Below, piece by piece: positions 28,001 to 36,237 of a stretch of 64,000 nucleotides of DNA. The number at the start of each line of letters is the position of its first letter. Position 1 is the first letter of the stretch. This stretch comes from Verrucomicrobiota bacterium. GTDB taxonomy: Bacteria; Verrucomicrobiota; Verrucomicrobiia; Chthoniobacterales; Chthoniobacteraceae. The notes under the pieces are model-generated. The model was given only the letters and a program-made list of their open reading frames with translations, ran no database searches and was not told the DNA's origin. The stretch lies in assembly GCA_009885995.1 (NCBI GenBank), contig VFJQ01000050.1, forward strand, positions 8,088 through 72,087, written 5' to 3'. The position numbers were made by a program, and so were the translations under genes.

Positions 28001-31000
28001 TCTCGATCTCCAGCCGACAGGCACCCTGGTCTGGGGCGTCACCCCGGGCTTCATCAGCGGCACGAACTCGCTCGTCTTCGGCTCCACCACGGCGGACTCG
28101 GAGGTGAACTGGGTGGACGACATCAACCTGAACCCCACCACCGCCGGTGTGACGCGCACCTTCGTCGTGAACGACAACCCGGCGACTGGCGCGGACGTGC
28201 TGCGGATCAGCGGCAGCCTGGTCCAGAGCCGCTTTCCGGTTCCCCCTCCGGAAGACATAGCCCTCACCGGCAACACCGCCATCACCAAGAACGGCGCGGG
28301 CACGCTCATCATCGAGGCGGCCACGGCCAATGCCTCGAACTCCTTCGGCGGCACGCTCACAGTCAATGCGGGCACCCTCATACTCCTCGGCACGCCGACG
28401 AATACGACGGGCGCCCTGACCATGGCGCCGAGCGCCACGGGCACGAACCTCATCCTCGCAAGCGGCGTGAACTTCGTGCGTCCGGGCGATTTCAACGTGA
28501 GCGCCGGGACCGCGGCGGGCGGCGTCGCCATCTCCGGCGGGGGCCAGCTCGTTCTCCATAACGCGGCGACCATCGTGAACCGCAATTTCATCATCAACGA
28601 CAACCCGCTCGTGCTGGATGACGCGATCATCTCGGTCCCGGTCGTCAATGGCAGCACCTCCGGGAGCGTGGTGCATCTGACGAAGCAGGCCGCCGGTCGG
28701 CTGGTGATGTCGGGCAACAACACCTACAGCGGCGCGACCGTGCATTTCAAAGGGACGACGGTCATCGATTACAGCGCGAGCACGGCCGAGAAGCTGAGCA
28801 ACTTCGGCGATCTCGAAATGCGCGGCGGCACCTTGATCCTCAAGGGCAGCAACACCGGCGCGGTGGCCGAGACGGTGGGCAATCTGAGCCCCGGCTCGAG
28901 CACCCTCGGCTTGCAGGGCTTCAACCCCGGCCCCGTCGGCTCGAACCCCAACTCCTACGGCACTCTCACCGGCACGACCGCACCCCTGGGCGGGCTGAGC
29001 ATGATCCAGCTCCAGCCCATGGGCAGCCAGCCGCTCTCGCTGACGTTCACCGGCTTCATCCGCAATCCCGGCGGCGGCGTCGTGCTGCTCTCGACGACCG
29101 GTGCGAACGGCACGTTCCGCAGCGCGGTGACGGGCAACTTGAACGATGGCCGCCTGCTCGCGGTCGATACGCTGCTCAACGGTCGCTGGATCGCGCAGGA
29201 TGGGACCGGCAAGATCGTGCGACACTTCGGCGTCGTGCAGTCGGATCCCAGCCTGTGGGATTCGTCCCGGACCTACGAACTCAACGGGCCGGTGACCGGC
29301 ATCGGCGTGCTCGGCACCAACCGCGTCAATGGGCTCATCTTTGGCGGCAGCGACACGACACTGACGATCAACAACCGGGCCCGCTCGCTCATCCTGACCA
29401 CCGCGGGCATCCTCGTCGCGCCCGAGTCCACGGCCAGCGTGATCGAGATCACCGGCGGCAAGCTGCTCACCGAGCTGCCTTACAAGACCGCGCCGGGCGC
29501 GGACATCCTGATTCAGAATTTCTCGACGGGCCGCTTGAAGATCTCCTCGAACCTCGGCCACAGCGATGCGCCGCAGGGGAATACCGAGCTCATCACCATC
29601 GCTGGCACCGGCATCGTCGAGCTCGCGGGCAAGAGCTCCTCGGTGCTCACCTACGCGGGCTCCACGCTGCTGCGCGGTTCGGTGCGCGTCATCGGCGGCG
29701 CCACGCTGCGCGTCAGCGGCGGCGACGCGATCAGCGACTACCTGCCGATCGACCTCGGCGCCATCGGCGACTTCGGCGGCAATCTGCAGCTCAACGGCGC
29801 GGCGGAAACGATCGGCGGCATCCTCGCTCCCGTGAACACCAACCAGGGCGTCAACGGCGGCAGCATCGACCTCGGCACCGGCGGGGCGCTGACGCTGAAC
29901 CAGACGCTGGCCGTCACCTACAGCGGCACGCTGGCGGGCACGGGCACGCTGATCAAGCAAGGCAACGCCACGCTGACGCTGACGCCACAAACAGCCAGCG
30001 ATTTGTTGAACTACTCGGGCGACCTGCAAATCCGCGGCGGAACGATCGCGCTAACGGGATCCAACACGGCCAATACCAACGGACTGACCGGTGTCACCGG
30101 CATCATGCTTCACGGTGGGGACATCAACGTGCAGCAGAATGCAGCCAGCAGCTTGAACATGCTCCGCAACGATGCGGTGATTCAGCTTGCGGGTGGAAGC
30201 CTGGCGACAAGCTTGAGCACCACCGGCGGGACCAACTCAACGACGAATAACTCTGCCGTCCTCAACTTAACGTCCACGGCTGGCATTCCGGTCGGTTCTT
30301 TCGTGTCGGGTCTAAACATTCCCGCGGGCGCGTTCGTGACGGGGATTACTAATTCGACCCAGCTGACGATCAGCACAACCGCCACTCTTACTACCAACGG
30401 AGGCACGTTTTCATTTTCCTCGATCGGCGAAGGCTTGCGCATGACGAGCACCACGAGTGGTCGATCCGAATCGGCGCTGGCAGCCTCGGTCACCACGGGC
30501 GCGAATGTTATATCCATCGATGCGGCGAGCACGACTTCGCAACTGACGCTAAACCTCACCCAGTCCGCGACCCCCGCGATCACGCGCACGAACAACGCGA
30601 CGCTGCTCGTGCGCGGCGACAATCTCGGTGGCGGCCTCGGCGGCTCGCTCAATAACAGTGCGCGCATCCTGCTCGGCAGCGGATCGACCGGGCTAGGGCT
30701 GGTAGGAGACACCGGCTCGCTTCCCTCGAATTACCCCATCCTGCCTTGGGCGGTCGGCTCGACTTCTGATCGCGGCGCCGGCGATACGTTCGTGACCTAC
30801 GGCCAGAACGGCCTGCGCCCGCTGAACATCGCGAGCGAATACTCCACCAACTACGCGACGGCGGCGGCGACGGACAATTTATCGATCAACGCCGACCAGG
30901 CGGGGCTAGCCACGAAGACGGTGAACTCGCTGCGCATGGATGCGAGCACGCTGCCCGTCACGATGTCCGGCCTCGGCGGCAACGTGCTTACGGTGACCAG

Positions 31001-33458
31001 CGGCGCCATCCTCGCCAGCATGGGCGCAAACGCGAACGCCGCGACGCTCGGCGGATTCGACCGAATCGATCCCGGCGTGACCGATGAGTTCGTCATCAGC
31101 GTGACGTCCTCGAGCGGGAATCCCGCGAACGCGGTGCTGACGATCAGCTCGGCGCTGAATAACAGCGGCGGCCCCACCTCGGTGACCAAGACCGGCGCGG
31201 GCACGCTGAAGATGACGAACACCAACAACTTCTCCGGCGGCCTGACGGTGAACCAGGGCACAGTCGAGTTCAGCGACCCGCTCGCATTCAGCCTCGGCGA
31301 CCCAGCCGGCGCGATCCGCCTCGCTGGCGGCACGCTGAAATACTCGGGCCCAAGCGACGTGAACCTGACGACGCACCCGATCACCCTGCTCGGGGCGAGT
31401 TCCTTCTACACGCCGACTGGCACCGGCGTGGCCGGCAACGCGCTCAGCCGCGGCAGCCTCATCGACACCGAAGTGCGGAATGTGACCATCGCCGGCCCAT
31501 CGGGTCCGGGCGGCCTCGTGAAGGTCGGGGCGGGTTCGCTCATCATGAGCACTGCACCCACCTACGCGGGTGCCACGACGATCCTGCAGGGCAACGCGAG
31601 CTTCCAAACGCTCGTCGGGTCGTCCGGGCTCTTCCTGGTTCCCGAGAATATCGGCGGGCTGAGCCCGAACGCGATCACGGCGACCGTCACGAACGCACTG
31701 AACGTCAACCAACTCATCGTCGGCGGCGTCTTCACCACGGCCTCCACCCTCACCGGGTCCGCATCGCTCGCGGTGGGCACGGCGGGGATTCACCCGGCGG
31801 TCACGATCGGCAACGGCGGCGGCGATTCCTTCCTCCTCATCGGCTACCACGACGAAGGCGCCGGGAATGGCGCAGCCAATACCAACAAGACCTCCGGCAC
31901 GGTGAACTTCGCCAATGCGGGCTCGGTCAATATCAACGTCTCGCGCATCTTCATCGCGCAAAACAAGGGGGCGGGTAGCGGCCTCGTCGATGGCGATCTC
32001 ACGCTCTCCAACGGCACCAACAACGTCACCGCCGGCTTCATGTCGATCGGCAACAGCCCCGGCCCGGACAGCACCGGTGCAGGCGGGAATGTGGCGCTGG
32101 TGAACTTGGGCAACGGGCAGAACAACTTCAACATCGATTCGCTCATCATCGGCGGCCAGAACAGCAACGGCAAAGTCGTCCTGCCCATCGGCGGCGCCCT
32201 CACCCTACGCGACCGCGCCGGCAGCGGTGGCGCCGATCTCTACATCGGCGACAACGACGACATCACGAACACCACCCAGACCTTCAACAACACCACGCTC
32301 GACACGACCAGCGGCGTGGTCGATGCACGGCTCAACCTGCTCGTGATCGGGCGTCATGCGGGGAACACCTCGGCAACGGCGGGGACCGGCGGTGGCCAGG
32401 GCTCATTGCGCTTCAAGGCCGGCGCGATCGAGGCCCAGAGCGTCCGGCTCGCGCTGGTGGGCACGCGTGGCATTTTCACCACAACCCCCAACAGCACCGT
32501 CGCCGAGATCACGCAGGATGGCGGCACGTTCCGTTTCGGCAACATGAGCAAGGGCGACGGCAACGTTACCTACAACTGGAACGAAGGCACCATCGAGAAT
32601 TTCCCCGGCGTGGACTCCGTGAACCAGAATGTGTTCATCACGAATCGGACCGGCTTTAATGCCCAGCCTCACTTCGTCTCGGTGCCCGCCGGACGGCTGA
32701 TGACTTTCGAGACGGCCGCCGGTTTCGATGGAGACGACGACGTGACGAAAATCGGCTCCGGCACGCTCATCCTCAAGGGGAACAGCAGCCACGGCGGCGG
32801 CACCTTCGTCCAGCAAGGCATGGTCCTCGCCAACAACGGGGCCGGCAGCGCCACGGGCGTCGGGATCGTGCAGGTATTCAACGGCGCCGAAATCGGCGGC
32901 CAGGGGACCATCTCCGGAGAGACGACGATCCACTCCGGCGGCAAGCTGAGCGTCGGCGGCGTCCCTGGAGGCATCGGGAGCCTGGAGATCGGCAGCGACC
33001 TCTTGCTGGAAGCCGGCAGCGTCCTCCAAATCGAGATCCAATCCAGCGACCTCACGAAGGATGTGCTGAATCTCGATGGCGCGTTTTATATCGACCTGGG
33101 TGACCCGGACGGGATGGCCGGCACGACCGCCGAGCTCAAGATCACCGACCTCAATCCCACCCCACTCGACCTAGGCGAGCGGCTGACGATCGTGAACGCC
33201 GCCGGAGGTTGGGATGGCGTCGGCCTCTTCAAGATCAACAACGCGCTCATCGACGACTACGACGTGAACACCAACGAAGCGTCCGCGATCTTCTACATCG
33301 GCGGATACGGCTTCCAGTTGGACTACAATGGCGGCTTCGGCGAAACCGAAGTCCAGCTCGTCGCTGTCCCCGAGCCCGGCGCACTCGCCTCGCTCATCGG
33401 CGGCATGGGGATGCTGCTCGGCCTCCAGCGCTTCCGCCGCTGGAACGCGAAGAGTTAG
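22029..33458 (+). CDS. Giant (about 3,809 aa) surface protein with many autotransporter-associated beta-strand (PATR) repeats and a C-terminal PEP-CTERM sorting signal
   Basis: A single 11.5-kb open frame. ATG at 22029 gives the signal-like MYKRIMCRLPRSICAGSIAGFVAALALFPARSRA. At least 16 PATR-type units are present, for example GGGTLYLTGVNTYAGDTAINGGALVI, DAGIWILSGANTYSGATTINGGSLGI and GAGTLKMTNTNNFSGGLTVNQGTVEF. The C-terminus is VPEPGALASLIGGMGMLLGLQRFRR. Confidence 0.92.
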   Translation: MYKRIMCRLPRSICAGSIAGFVAALALFPARSRAAIVYWDLDGTTAGAGGGSTPVGTWNSSNVFWNSQALGTGATAAWVAGDIATFSAGTNATGAYTVSITGTQSIGGLVFEDGTVTLSGGTLSLAAASDFFVGSSLAARIDSTISGSAALRKTGGGSLRLGVANTFSGPLTIAEGTLSVTAEAALGTGTSPVTVEGVTTRGQGGGQLAIGGSTTSGITVNRALLVTGGGPGGDGAALLSVGSNTFNNVTTGTVSDTRIFATDGTTTVTMLNAGPGRTTQLSGPGRWVVSGVTLSGQTSTLLEKAGGGGMILTGTNFIENEVRVSGGSLRIASGAGLPVLSPNGGVLELRTDSVASFVDTRLIGRGTSTVFADRAVGSAAGLLNETVVFSDSSFANAATITYGSRNGFGFTLTGLGSVFADIIFPAGGVTMTNTSSGLLTLAGNLNFVTPDSTTRVHTISGNGDTIVTGNILWTGATHRLDKGSATVGNGTLTLLGTASTYVGGTLINSGTLGVRQLTATGSGAISLGTLATGVGALSYLGAASTGAGETNSKVFISPGTGATIGAILANQSGSAPSPLMLAGSFASTGTGNKTLFLGGTSALDNTFSGLIQDNSGTNKTNLAKVGAGTWIYSPEVLGFSTGATPTTGAVPTSGAVTTNPAQANSGQDMITLASTSGVAIGQLIRGTNIPANSTVTAINANTITISNTLASNVTAGTSLTFGTITGGATTTNNALAMGGQNMITLASAAGVAVGEAVFGPNVPANTIVTALNGTTVTLSNALSSDVAIGTSFTFSVRIRVSSTTLLAVGQLVTGTNVPAGSTVTSVDPATSTVTINNNIGTSIGGNDTLTFGSQTNANSFVVSSLSGIVLGQTVSGTNVPATSIVSKIDPATNTVTISNNITTSVGGGASLTFGAVSGFTGNVTIAGGTLKIRPTATSGSGSDVVNNGSSLTFNADPLTSNQVAGGTFEYVGVSNAASSETLGALSATAGAGTVKLTPTGAGSAALTFASVAASAGSGLNFVVPAGAGNSVTLTGATNTNGILNAHVYLNGADFAAGTPVAAATYTTFAGGAALTTANTTPYLLTGDVTAQTTATINAGIKVASGPRALTLAASQTLTLQNGAATVAGGILVTGGSALTISGGTGITSGGAADLVFRTDTSSDTITLSTPILAGSTGGFTKNGAGTLILSVPNAETGAVTINEGTVRLSGTATLGGSNIGLTTRQGATFDLNGINLGTASSTTNAVGPLVGAGTITNSAASGTASLRFGNNGSNTLFSGSIQNGATATISLVKGGGGTTALTGTSSFTGPMALVGGTIQATTLANIGVASSIGAGNGSSDDTNAASLVFGSSTTTGTLQYTGSTNTSNNIYQTTQTPSVSINRLFTLAGAGTIESSGTFGNAVIGTGQANSAALVFNNTAPVRFSGTGVRTLTLGGTSTSDNEFRLQLINNFNGTPPLNGAALSLVKAGVGLWILNPNPATPNTYTGVTNITGGALQAIEGIGVPTGSNLNLNGGVFQTSGTFTRTIGLLAGEVQVSAAAGGFAASSGKLTVTLSGGALITLGGEAFDPTALIFGSSSALGEVEMTNSIDLAGLTFPLQVDDNPNTALDLARLSGVLSNGAVTKTGGGTLYLTGVNTYAGDTAINGGALVISLLGDSTSANSNIGTGAGKVRIDNNATLSYVGTGLTTDRAIIMAGATGGATIDASGSGPLVLTNVVTSLADGAGAGAKTLTLRGFSADANEVRSEIKNNGVGVNDPISLTKSDAGIWILSGANTYSGATTINGGSLGIGHNSAFGPSGTVTLSNASLFSAGADRTFSNPFTMAGNTTNAVYGEFSLTLGGNVLFASSAGTNTLSNFLATGRTLTINGTVTNADTANNRTLTINGTGTTNLAGVVQDQATNSRTTSITYSGTGLLLLTGPNTYTGTTTPVSGAIQAQDGTGLPANSVLRLSNGVFQTRNPFSRTLSTETTGTNLVGWASGGGFAAAGGNLTLDLQPTGTLVWGVTPGFISGTNSLVFGSTTADSEVNWVDDINLNPTTAGVTRTFVVNDNPATGADVLRISGSLVQSRFPVPPPEDIALTGNTAITKNGAGTLIIEAATANASNSFGGTLTVNAGTLILLGTPTNTTGALTMAPSATGTNLILASGVNFVRPGDFNVSAGTAAGGVAISGGGQLVLHNAATIVNRNFIINDNPLVLDDAIISVPVVNGSTSGSVVHLTKQAAGRLVMSGNNTYSGATVHFKGTTVIDYSASTAEKLSNFGDLEMRGGTLILKGSNTGAVAETVGNLSPGSSTLGLQGFNPGPVGSNPNSYGTLTGTTAPLGGLSMIQLQPMGSQPLSLTFTGFIRNPGGGVVLLSTTGANGTFRSAVTGNLNDGRLLAVDTLLNGRWIAQDGTGKIVRHFGVVQSDPSLWDSSRTYELNGPVTGIGVLGTNRVNGLIFGGSDTTLTINNRARSLILTTAGILVAPESTASVIEITGGKLLTELPYKTAPGADILIQNFSTGRLKISSNLGHSDAPQGNTELITIAGTGIVELAGKSSSVLTYAGSTLLRGSVRVIGGATLRVSGGDAISDYLPIDLGAIGDFGGNLQLNGAAETIGGILAPVNTNQGVNGGSIDLGTGGALTLNQTLAVTYSGTLAGTGTLIKQGNATLTLTPQTASDLLNYSGDLQIRGGTIALTGSNTANTNGLTGVTGIMLHGGDINVQQNAASSLNMLRNDAVIQLAGGSLATSLSTTGGTNSTTNNSAVLNLTSTAGIPVGSFVSGLNIPAGAFVTGITNSTQLTISTTATLTTNGGTFSFSSIGEGLRMTSTTSGRSESALAASVTTGANVISIDAASTTSQLTLNLTQSATPAITRTNNATLLVRGDNLGGGLGGSLNNSARILLGSGSTGLGLVGDTGSLPSNYPILPWAVGSTSDRGAGDTFVTYGQNGLRPLNIASEYSTNYATAAATDNLSINADQAGLATKTVNSLRMDASTLPVTMSGLGGNVLTVTSGAILASMGANANAATLGGFDRIDPGVTDEFVISVTSSSGNPANAVLTISSALNNSGGPTSVTKTGAGTLKMTNTNNFSGGLTVNQGTVEFSDPLAFSLGDPAGAIRLAGGTLKYSGPSDVNLTTHPITLLGASSFYTPTGTGVAGNALSRGSLIDTEVRNVTIAGPSGPGGLVKVGAGSLIMSTAPTYAGATTILQGNASFQTLVGSSGLFLVPENIGGLSPNAITATVTNALNVNQLIVGGVFTTASTLTGSASLAVGTAGIHPAVTIGNGGGDSFLLIGYHDEGAGNGAANTNKTSGTVNFANAGSVNINVSRIFIAQNKGAGSGLVDGDLTLSNGTNNVTAGFMSIGNSPGPDSTGAGGNVALVNLGNGQNNFNIDSLIIGGQNSNGKVVLPIGGALTLRDRAGSGGADLYIGDNDDITNTTQTFNNTTLDTTSGVVDARLNLLVIGRHAGNTSATAGTGGGQGSLRFKAGAIEAQSVRLALVGTRGIFTTTPNSTVAEITQDGGTFRFGNMSKGDGNVTYNWNEGTIENFPGVDSVNQNVFITNRTGFNAQPHFVSVPAGRLMTFETAAGFDGDDDVTKIGSGTLILKGNSSHGGGTFVQQGMVLANNGAGSATGVGIVQVFNGAEIGGQGTISGETTIHSGGKLSVGGVPGGIGSLEIGSDLLLEAGSVLQIEIQSSDLTKDVLNLDGAFYIDLGDPDGMAGTTAELKITDLNPTPLDLGERLTIVNAAGGWDGVGLFKINNALIDDYDVNTNEASAIFYIGGYGFQLDYNGGFGETEVQLVAVPEPGALASLIGGMGMLLGLQRFRRWNAKS
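24024..24770 (+). repeat. Four tandem 55-62-aa in-frame repeats inside the giant gene
   Basis: The four units are: (1) GQDMITLASTSGVAIGQLIRGTNIPANSTVTAINANTITISNTLASNVTAGTSLTFG. (2) GGQNMITLASAAGVAVGEAVFGPNVPANTIVTALNGTTVTLSNALSSDVAIGTSFTF. (3) ...LLAVGQLVTGTNVPAGSTVTSVDPATSTVTINNNIGTSIGGNDTLTFG. (4) ...LSGIVLGQTVSGTNVPATSIVSKIDPATNTVTISNNITTSVGGGASLTFG. A fifth, isolated copy lies at about 30255-30420. Confidence 0.85.
33366..33455 (+). other. PEP-CTERM sorting domain of the giant protein (exosortase recognition signal)
   Basis: VPEP, then the hydrophobic stretch GALASLIGGMGMLLGL, then the basic tail QRFRRWNAKS at the extreme C-terminus. Confidence 0.85.
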
Positions 33459-34453
33459 TTCCCCGCAACCTTGCCGTCCTTCGGCGGGTGCTCGATCCCG
33501 TGGGTCAGCAGGAGCATCGAGTCTTCCCACTTCTCGCGTTTGCCGTCGTGCATCACGGCGGCGATCACCTCGCGACCCTCGCGCAGCGCGGCGCTCACGA
33601 GCGTGTGCTGCGCGGGGTAGGTGTAGCCGGTCTTCACGCCGGTGCAGCCTTCGAAGCGCGTGAGCAGCAGGTTGTGATTGGTGAGCTGCCACATCTCCGC
33701 CTTCGCGGCCGGCGGCGTTAGCGGGAGCTGCCACGCGTAGCGCTGCGTGCTCACCACCTGGCGGAAAAAGGGCTGCTGCATCGCGTGGCGCGCGATCACC
33801 GCGAGATCGTGCGGCGTGGTGTAGTGCTCGACGTGGTGCAGGCCGTGCGGATTGCGGAAGTTCGTATTCGTCGCGCCGAGTTCGCGCGCACGCTGCGTCA
33901 TCTTCAGCGCAAAGGATTCCATCGTGCCGGCGTTGTTGCGCCCGAGCGAGTGGGCCACGTCGTTGGCGCTCTTGAGCATGAGGCCGTAAAGCATCTGCCG
34001 CCGCGTGTAGCTCTGCCCCACTTTGATGCTCAGGCTGCTCTCGCCGACTTTCGCGTCTTCCGCGGTCACGACCACCTCGCGGTCGAGATCGCCGGCTTCG
34101 ATGACGAGCAGCGCCGTCATGATCTTCGTCGTGCTGGCGGGAAATTGCGCGGCGTCCGCGTTCTTCGCGTAGAGCGTCGCGCCGGTGAAGCCGTCGATGA
34201 CGATCGCGCCGGCCGCGGCCATCGGGATCTCGCCCGGCTGCATCAGGTGAAATTTCTCCGGCATCCTGCCCGGGTCGCCCGGCTTCGGCCGCTCCTCGTC
34301 GGGTGCCGGGATCACGGTGACCGCCGGCTGGTCGAGCGACGGCTTCGACGTTGTCTTGCGCTTCTTCGTCGCCGCGAGGGCATCGTGAGCCGTGCCGGCG
34401 AAGAGCGCGGCGAGCAGCAGGAGAGCGGTATTACGAGCGGCGGATTTCACCAT
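33455..34453 (-). CDS. D-alanyl-D-alanine carboxypeptidase (S11, PBP5/6-like)
   Basis: Signal peptide MVKSAARNTALLLLAALFAGTAHDALA. SxxK is in PASTTKIMTALLV, SxN in KSANDVAHSL, and KTG in GVKTGYT. Confidence 0.9.
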   Translation of the reverse strand: MVKSAARNTALLLLAALFAGTAHDALAATKKRKTTSKPSLDQPAVTVIPAPDEERPKPGDPGRMPEKFHLMQPGEIPMAAAGAIVIDGFTGATLYAKNADAAQFPASTTKIMTALLVIEAGDLDREVVVTAEDAKVGESSLSIKVGQSYTRRQMLYGLMLKSANDVAHSLGRNNAGTMESFALKMTQRARELGATNTNFRNPHGLHHVEHYTTPHDLAVIARHAMQQPFFRQVVSTQRYAWQLPLTPPAAKAEMWQLTNHNLLLTRFEGCTGVKTGYTYPAQHTLVSAALREGREVIAAVMHDGKREKWEDSMLLLTHGIEHPPKDGKVAGN

Positions 34454-35651
34454 CGATCATCACCCACGGGATCGGCCGGTCGAACTGCACGATCTCCTCG
34501 TGGACACGCGCCACGCTGCCAGACACCGGCACCGCGATCAAGTCGGCCAGCGCGCCGGGGGCGATTTTCCCGAGCTGCGCCTCGCGCCGCAGCGCGCGGG
34601 CGGGATGGCGCGTGACGGTGCGCAGGAGCCGCTCGGCGCTGAGCGTCGGCTCGGCTTCCCTCAGCCGCCGCAGCTCCCCGAGCAGGCTGAGCGAATCGGT
34701 GCTCGCGAGGCTGTCGGTGCCGGTGCAGAGGTTCACGCCGAGCTCATCGAGCCGCCGCCACGCGAACGGCGCGCGCCGGAAATAGCGGTGCGTGCCGGGG
34801 CAGTGGATGATCGTGGGCTTCCCCCCTCGCGGCAGGCTCGCGAGCAGGTCGAAGTCGCCGTCGTTGAGTTCATTCATGTGCGCGAGCATCCACTGCGCAT
34901 TGATCGCGCCGGTATCCCACAAGTGCCCAAAGGGCGTCGCGTGGCCGCAGTCGCCCATCGGCCGGCGCATGGACGCGAGCATCGCGTGCAGCGGCCCGCG
35001 CGCGGCGGTGAACATCTCGAACTCCTCGTCGCTCTCCGCCACGTGCGTCGTCAGCGGCATGGAGAAGGATTGCGCGCAGCCATTCGCCAGCCGGTAGAGA
35101 TCGAGCGACGCGGTGAACGGCGCGTGCGGGCTCAATCCGAAGCTCGCCAGCGAGCCGGCACGGTGTTGGAAAAAGCTGAGCGCGCCCTTGACCACGTCCT
35201 CGGTGGTGATGCGGTGGCGCACGTCGATCATCTCGTAAAACCACCATGTGCGGATCGGCGGATCGGGCAGGTGCGGCATCAGCTCGGGGAAGCTCGCGAT
35301 CGTGCAGACGGTCGTCGTGCCCCAGCGCAGACATTCGTCGAAGCCATGCGCGATCGATTTGAGGCAGTCGTCCGAATCCATGCTGCGCTTGACCGCATTG
35401 ATGCGCCGCACCCACGCGGCAAAGCTCGGCTGCGAGAAGATCGCGCCGCGGAGCATCGTGTAATCGAGGTGCGTGTGCGCGTTGATGAGCCCCGGCATCA
35501 ACGCCACGTCGCCGAGATCATGCACCGGCTCGCTGCCGCGGATCTGGCTCGCCGGGCCGACGGCCATGATCTGCCTGCCATCGACGACGACCGCGCCGTT
35601 TTCGATCGGCGGGCCGTCCATGGGAACGACGATGCGCGCGCGCAGGATCAT
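34431..35651 (-). CDS. Amidohydrolase-superfamily protein (chlorohydrolase / nucleoside deaminase-like)
   Basis: ATG at 35651 (MILRARIVVPMDGPPIENGAVVVDG). The metal motif is PGLINAHTHLDY, with later THVAES and TGTDSLAS. ATGA overlap with the upstream DR2241 stop, and a 23-nt overlap with the downstream carboxypeptidase start. Confidence 0.85.
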   Translation of the reverse strand: MILRARIVVPMDGPPIENGAVVVDGRQIMAVGPASQIRGSEPVHDLGDVALMPGLINAHTHLDYTMLRGAIFSQPSFAAWVRRINAVKRSMDSDDCLKSIAHGFDECLRWGTTTVCTIASFPELMPHLPDPPIRTWWFYEMIDVRHRITTEDVVKGALSFFQHRAGSLASFGLSPHAPFTASLDLYRLANGCAQSFSMPLTTHVAESDEEFEMFTAARGPLHAMLASMRRPMGDCGHATPFGHLWDTGAINAQWMLAHMNELNDGDFDLLASLPRGGKPTIIHCPGTHRYFRRAPFAWRRLDELGVNLCTGTDSLASTDSLSLLGELRRLREAEPTLSAERLLRTVTRHPARALRREAQLGKIAPGALADLIAVPVSGSVARVHEEIVQFDRPIPWVMIDGEIRRS

Positions 35652-36235
35652 GCCGGATTTTTCACCACCTTGCGCGCCTCGGCCACGAGGAGGTTGCATG
35701 CTTCGTGGCATATCAGCGGCAGCTCGCCTGCGGCGGAAGTGACGCGCTGCGGATTCGGCCCGGCGATCTCCCACAGGCGCTGCTTGAGGCAGCCGGCGCA
35801 GAAGCGGTCGATCATCCCGCGCGCCTGCGCATCGGTGATCTGCTGCGTGACGCGATACATCCCGGTCTGCCGCGCGAGCTTTTCCCGCAGCGGGACGGCG
35901 GGCAGCTCGCCGCGCGAAAAGTTCTCCGCGCAGCCAAGCATCGCGGGGTAAAAATAATCGAGCGCGCGGCGCAGCGAAGCGGCATCCGGGAGCACGAGGC
36001 GCCAGCCGCGGGCGAGCGTCGGCGCGGTCTTGAGCGGGCGGAAATTTCCCACGTCGTCGAGGTTCGCGAGGTGCCGCGCCGCGTCCGCCGACGTGTGCAG
36101 CACGAGGTCGTCGCGCGCGGCGTCGTCCGCGTGGCGCAGCTCGAATCCTTCCGCCACACGGCGAATGACGATCTGCCCGATCCGTTCGCCGCCCTCGGCG
36201 AGCCATGTGGTGAGACGCTCCGTGAGATCCCGCAT
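35648..36235 (-). CDS. DR2241-family protein (CbiX-associated, Cys-containing)
   Basis: ATG at 36235 (MRDLTERLTTWLAEGGERIGQIVIRRVAEGFELRH). The C-terminal Cys-bearing region is FCAGCLKQRLW...PLICHEACNLL. The assignment rests on my memory of the family and on its position directly after cbiX. Confidence 0.65.
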   Translation of the reverse strand: MRDLTERLTTWLAEGGERIGQIVIRRVAEGFELRHADDAARDDLVLHTSADAARHLANLDDVGNFRPLKTAPTLARGWRLVLPDAASLRRALDYFYPAMLGCAENFSRGELPAVPLREKLARQTGMYRVTQQITDAQARGMIDRFCAGCLKQRLWEIAGPNPQRVTSAAGELPLICHEACNLLVAEARKVVKNPA

Positions 36236-36237
36236 CC

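Noticed and set aside
27852-30029. 725-aa minus-strand ORF, plus several other 100-400-aa minus-strand ORFs between 22.0 and 33.0 kb.
   Set aside because: All lie inside, and antisense to or out of frame with, the single 11.5-kb PATR-repeat frame. The repetitive GC-rich coding sequence keeps other frames open by chance.
22029-33458. Whether the giant protein is a type V autotransporter.
   Set aside because: The C-terminus is a 30-aa PEP-CTERM signal rather than a beta-barrel translocator domain of about 250-300 aa. The PATR repeats alone do not make it an autotransporter.
34392-35951. 519-aa plus-strand ORF.
   Set aside because: It is antisense to the amidohydrolase and DR2241 genes. It has Arg/Ala-rich low complexity and no start-site or motif support.
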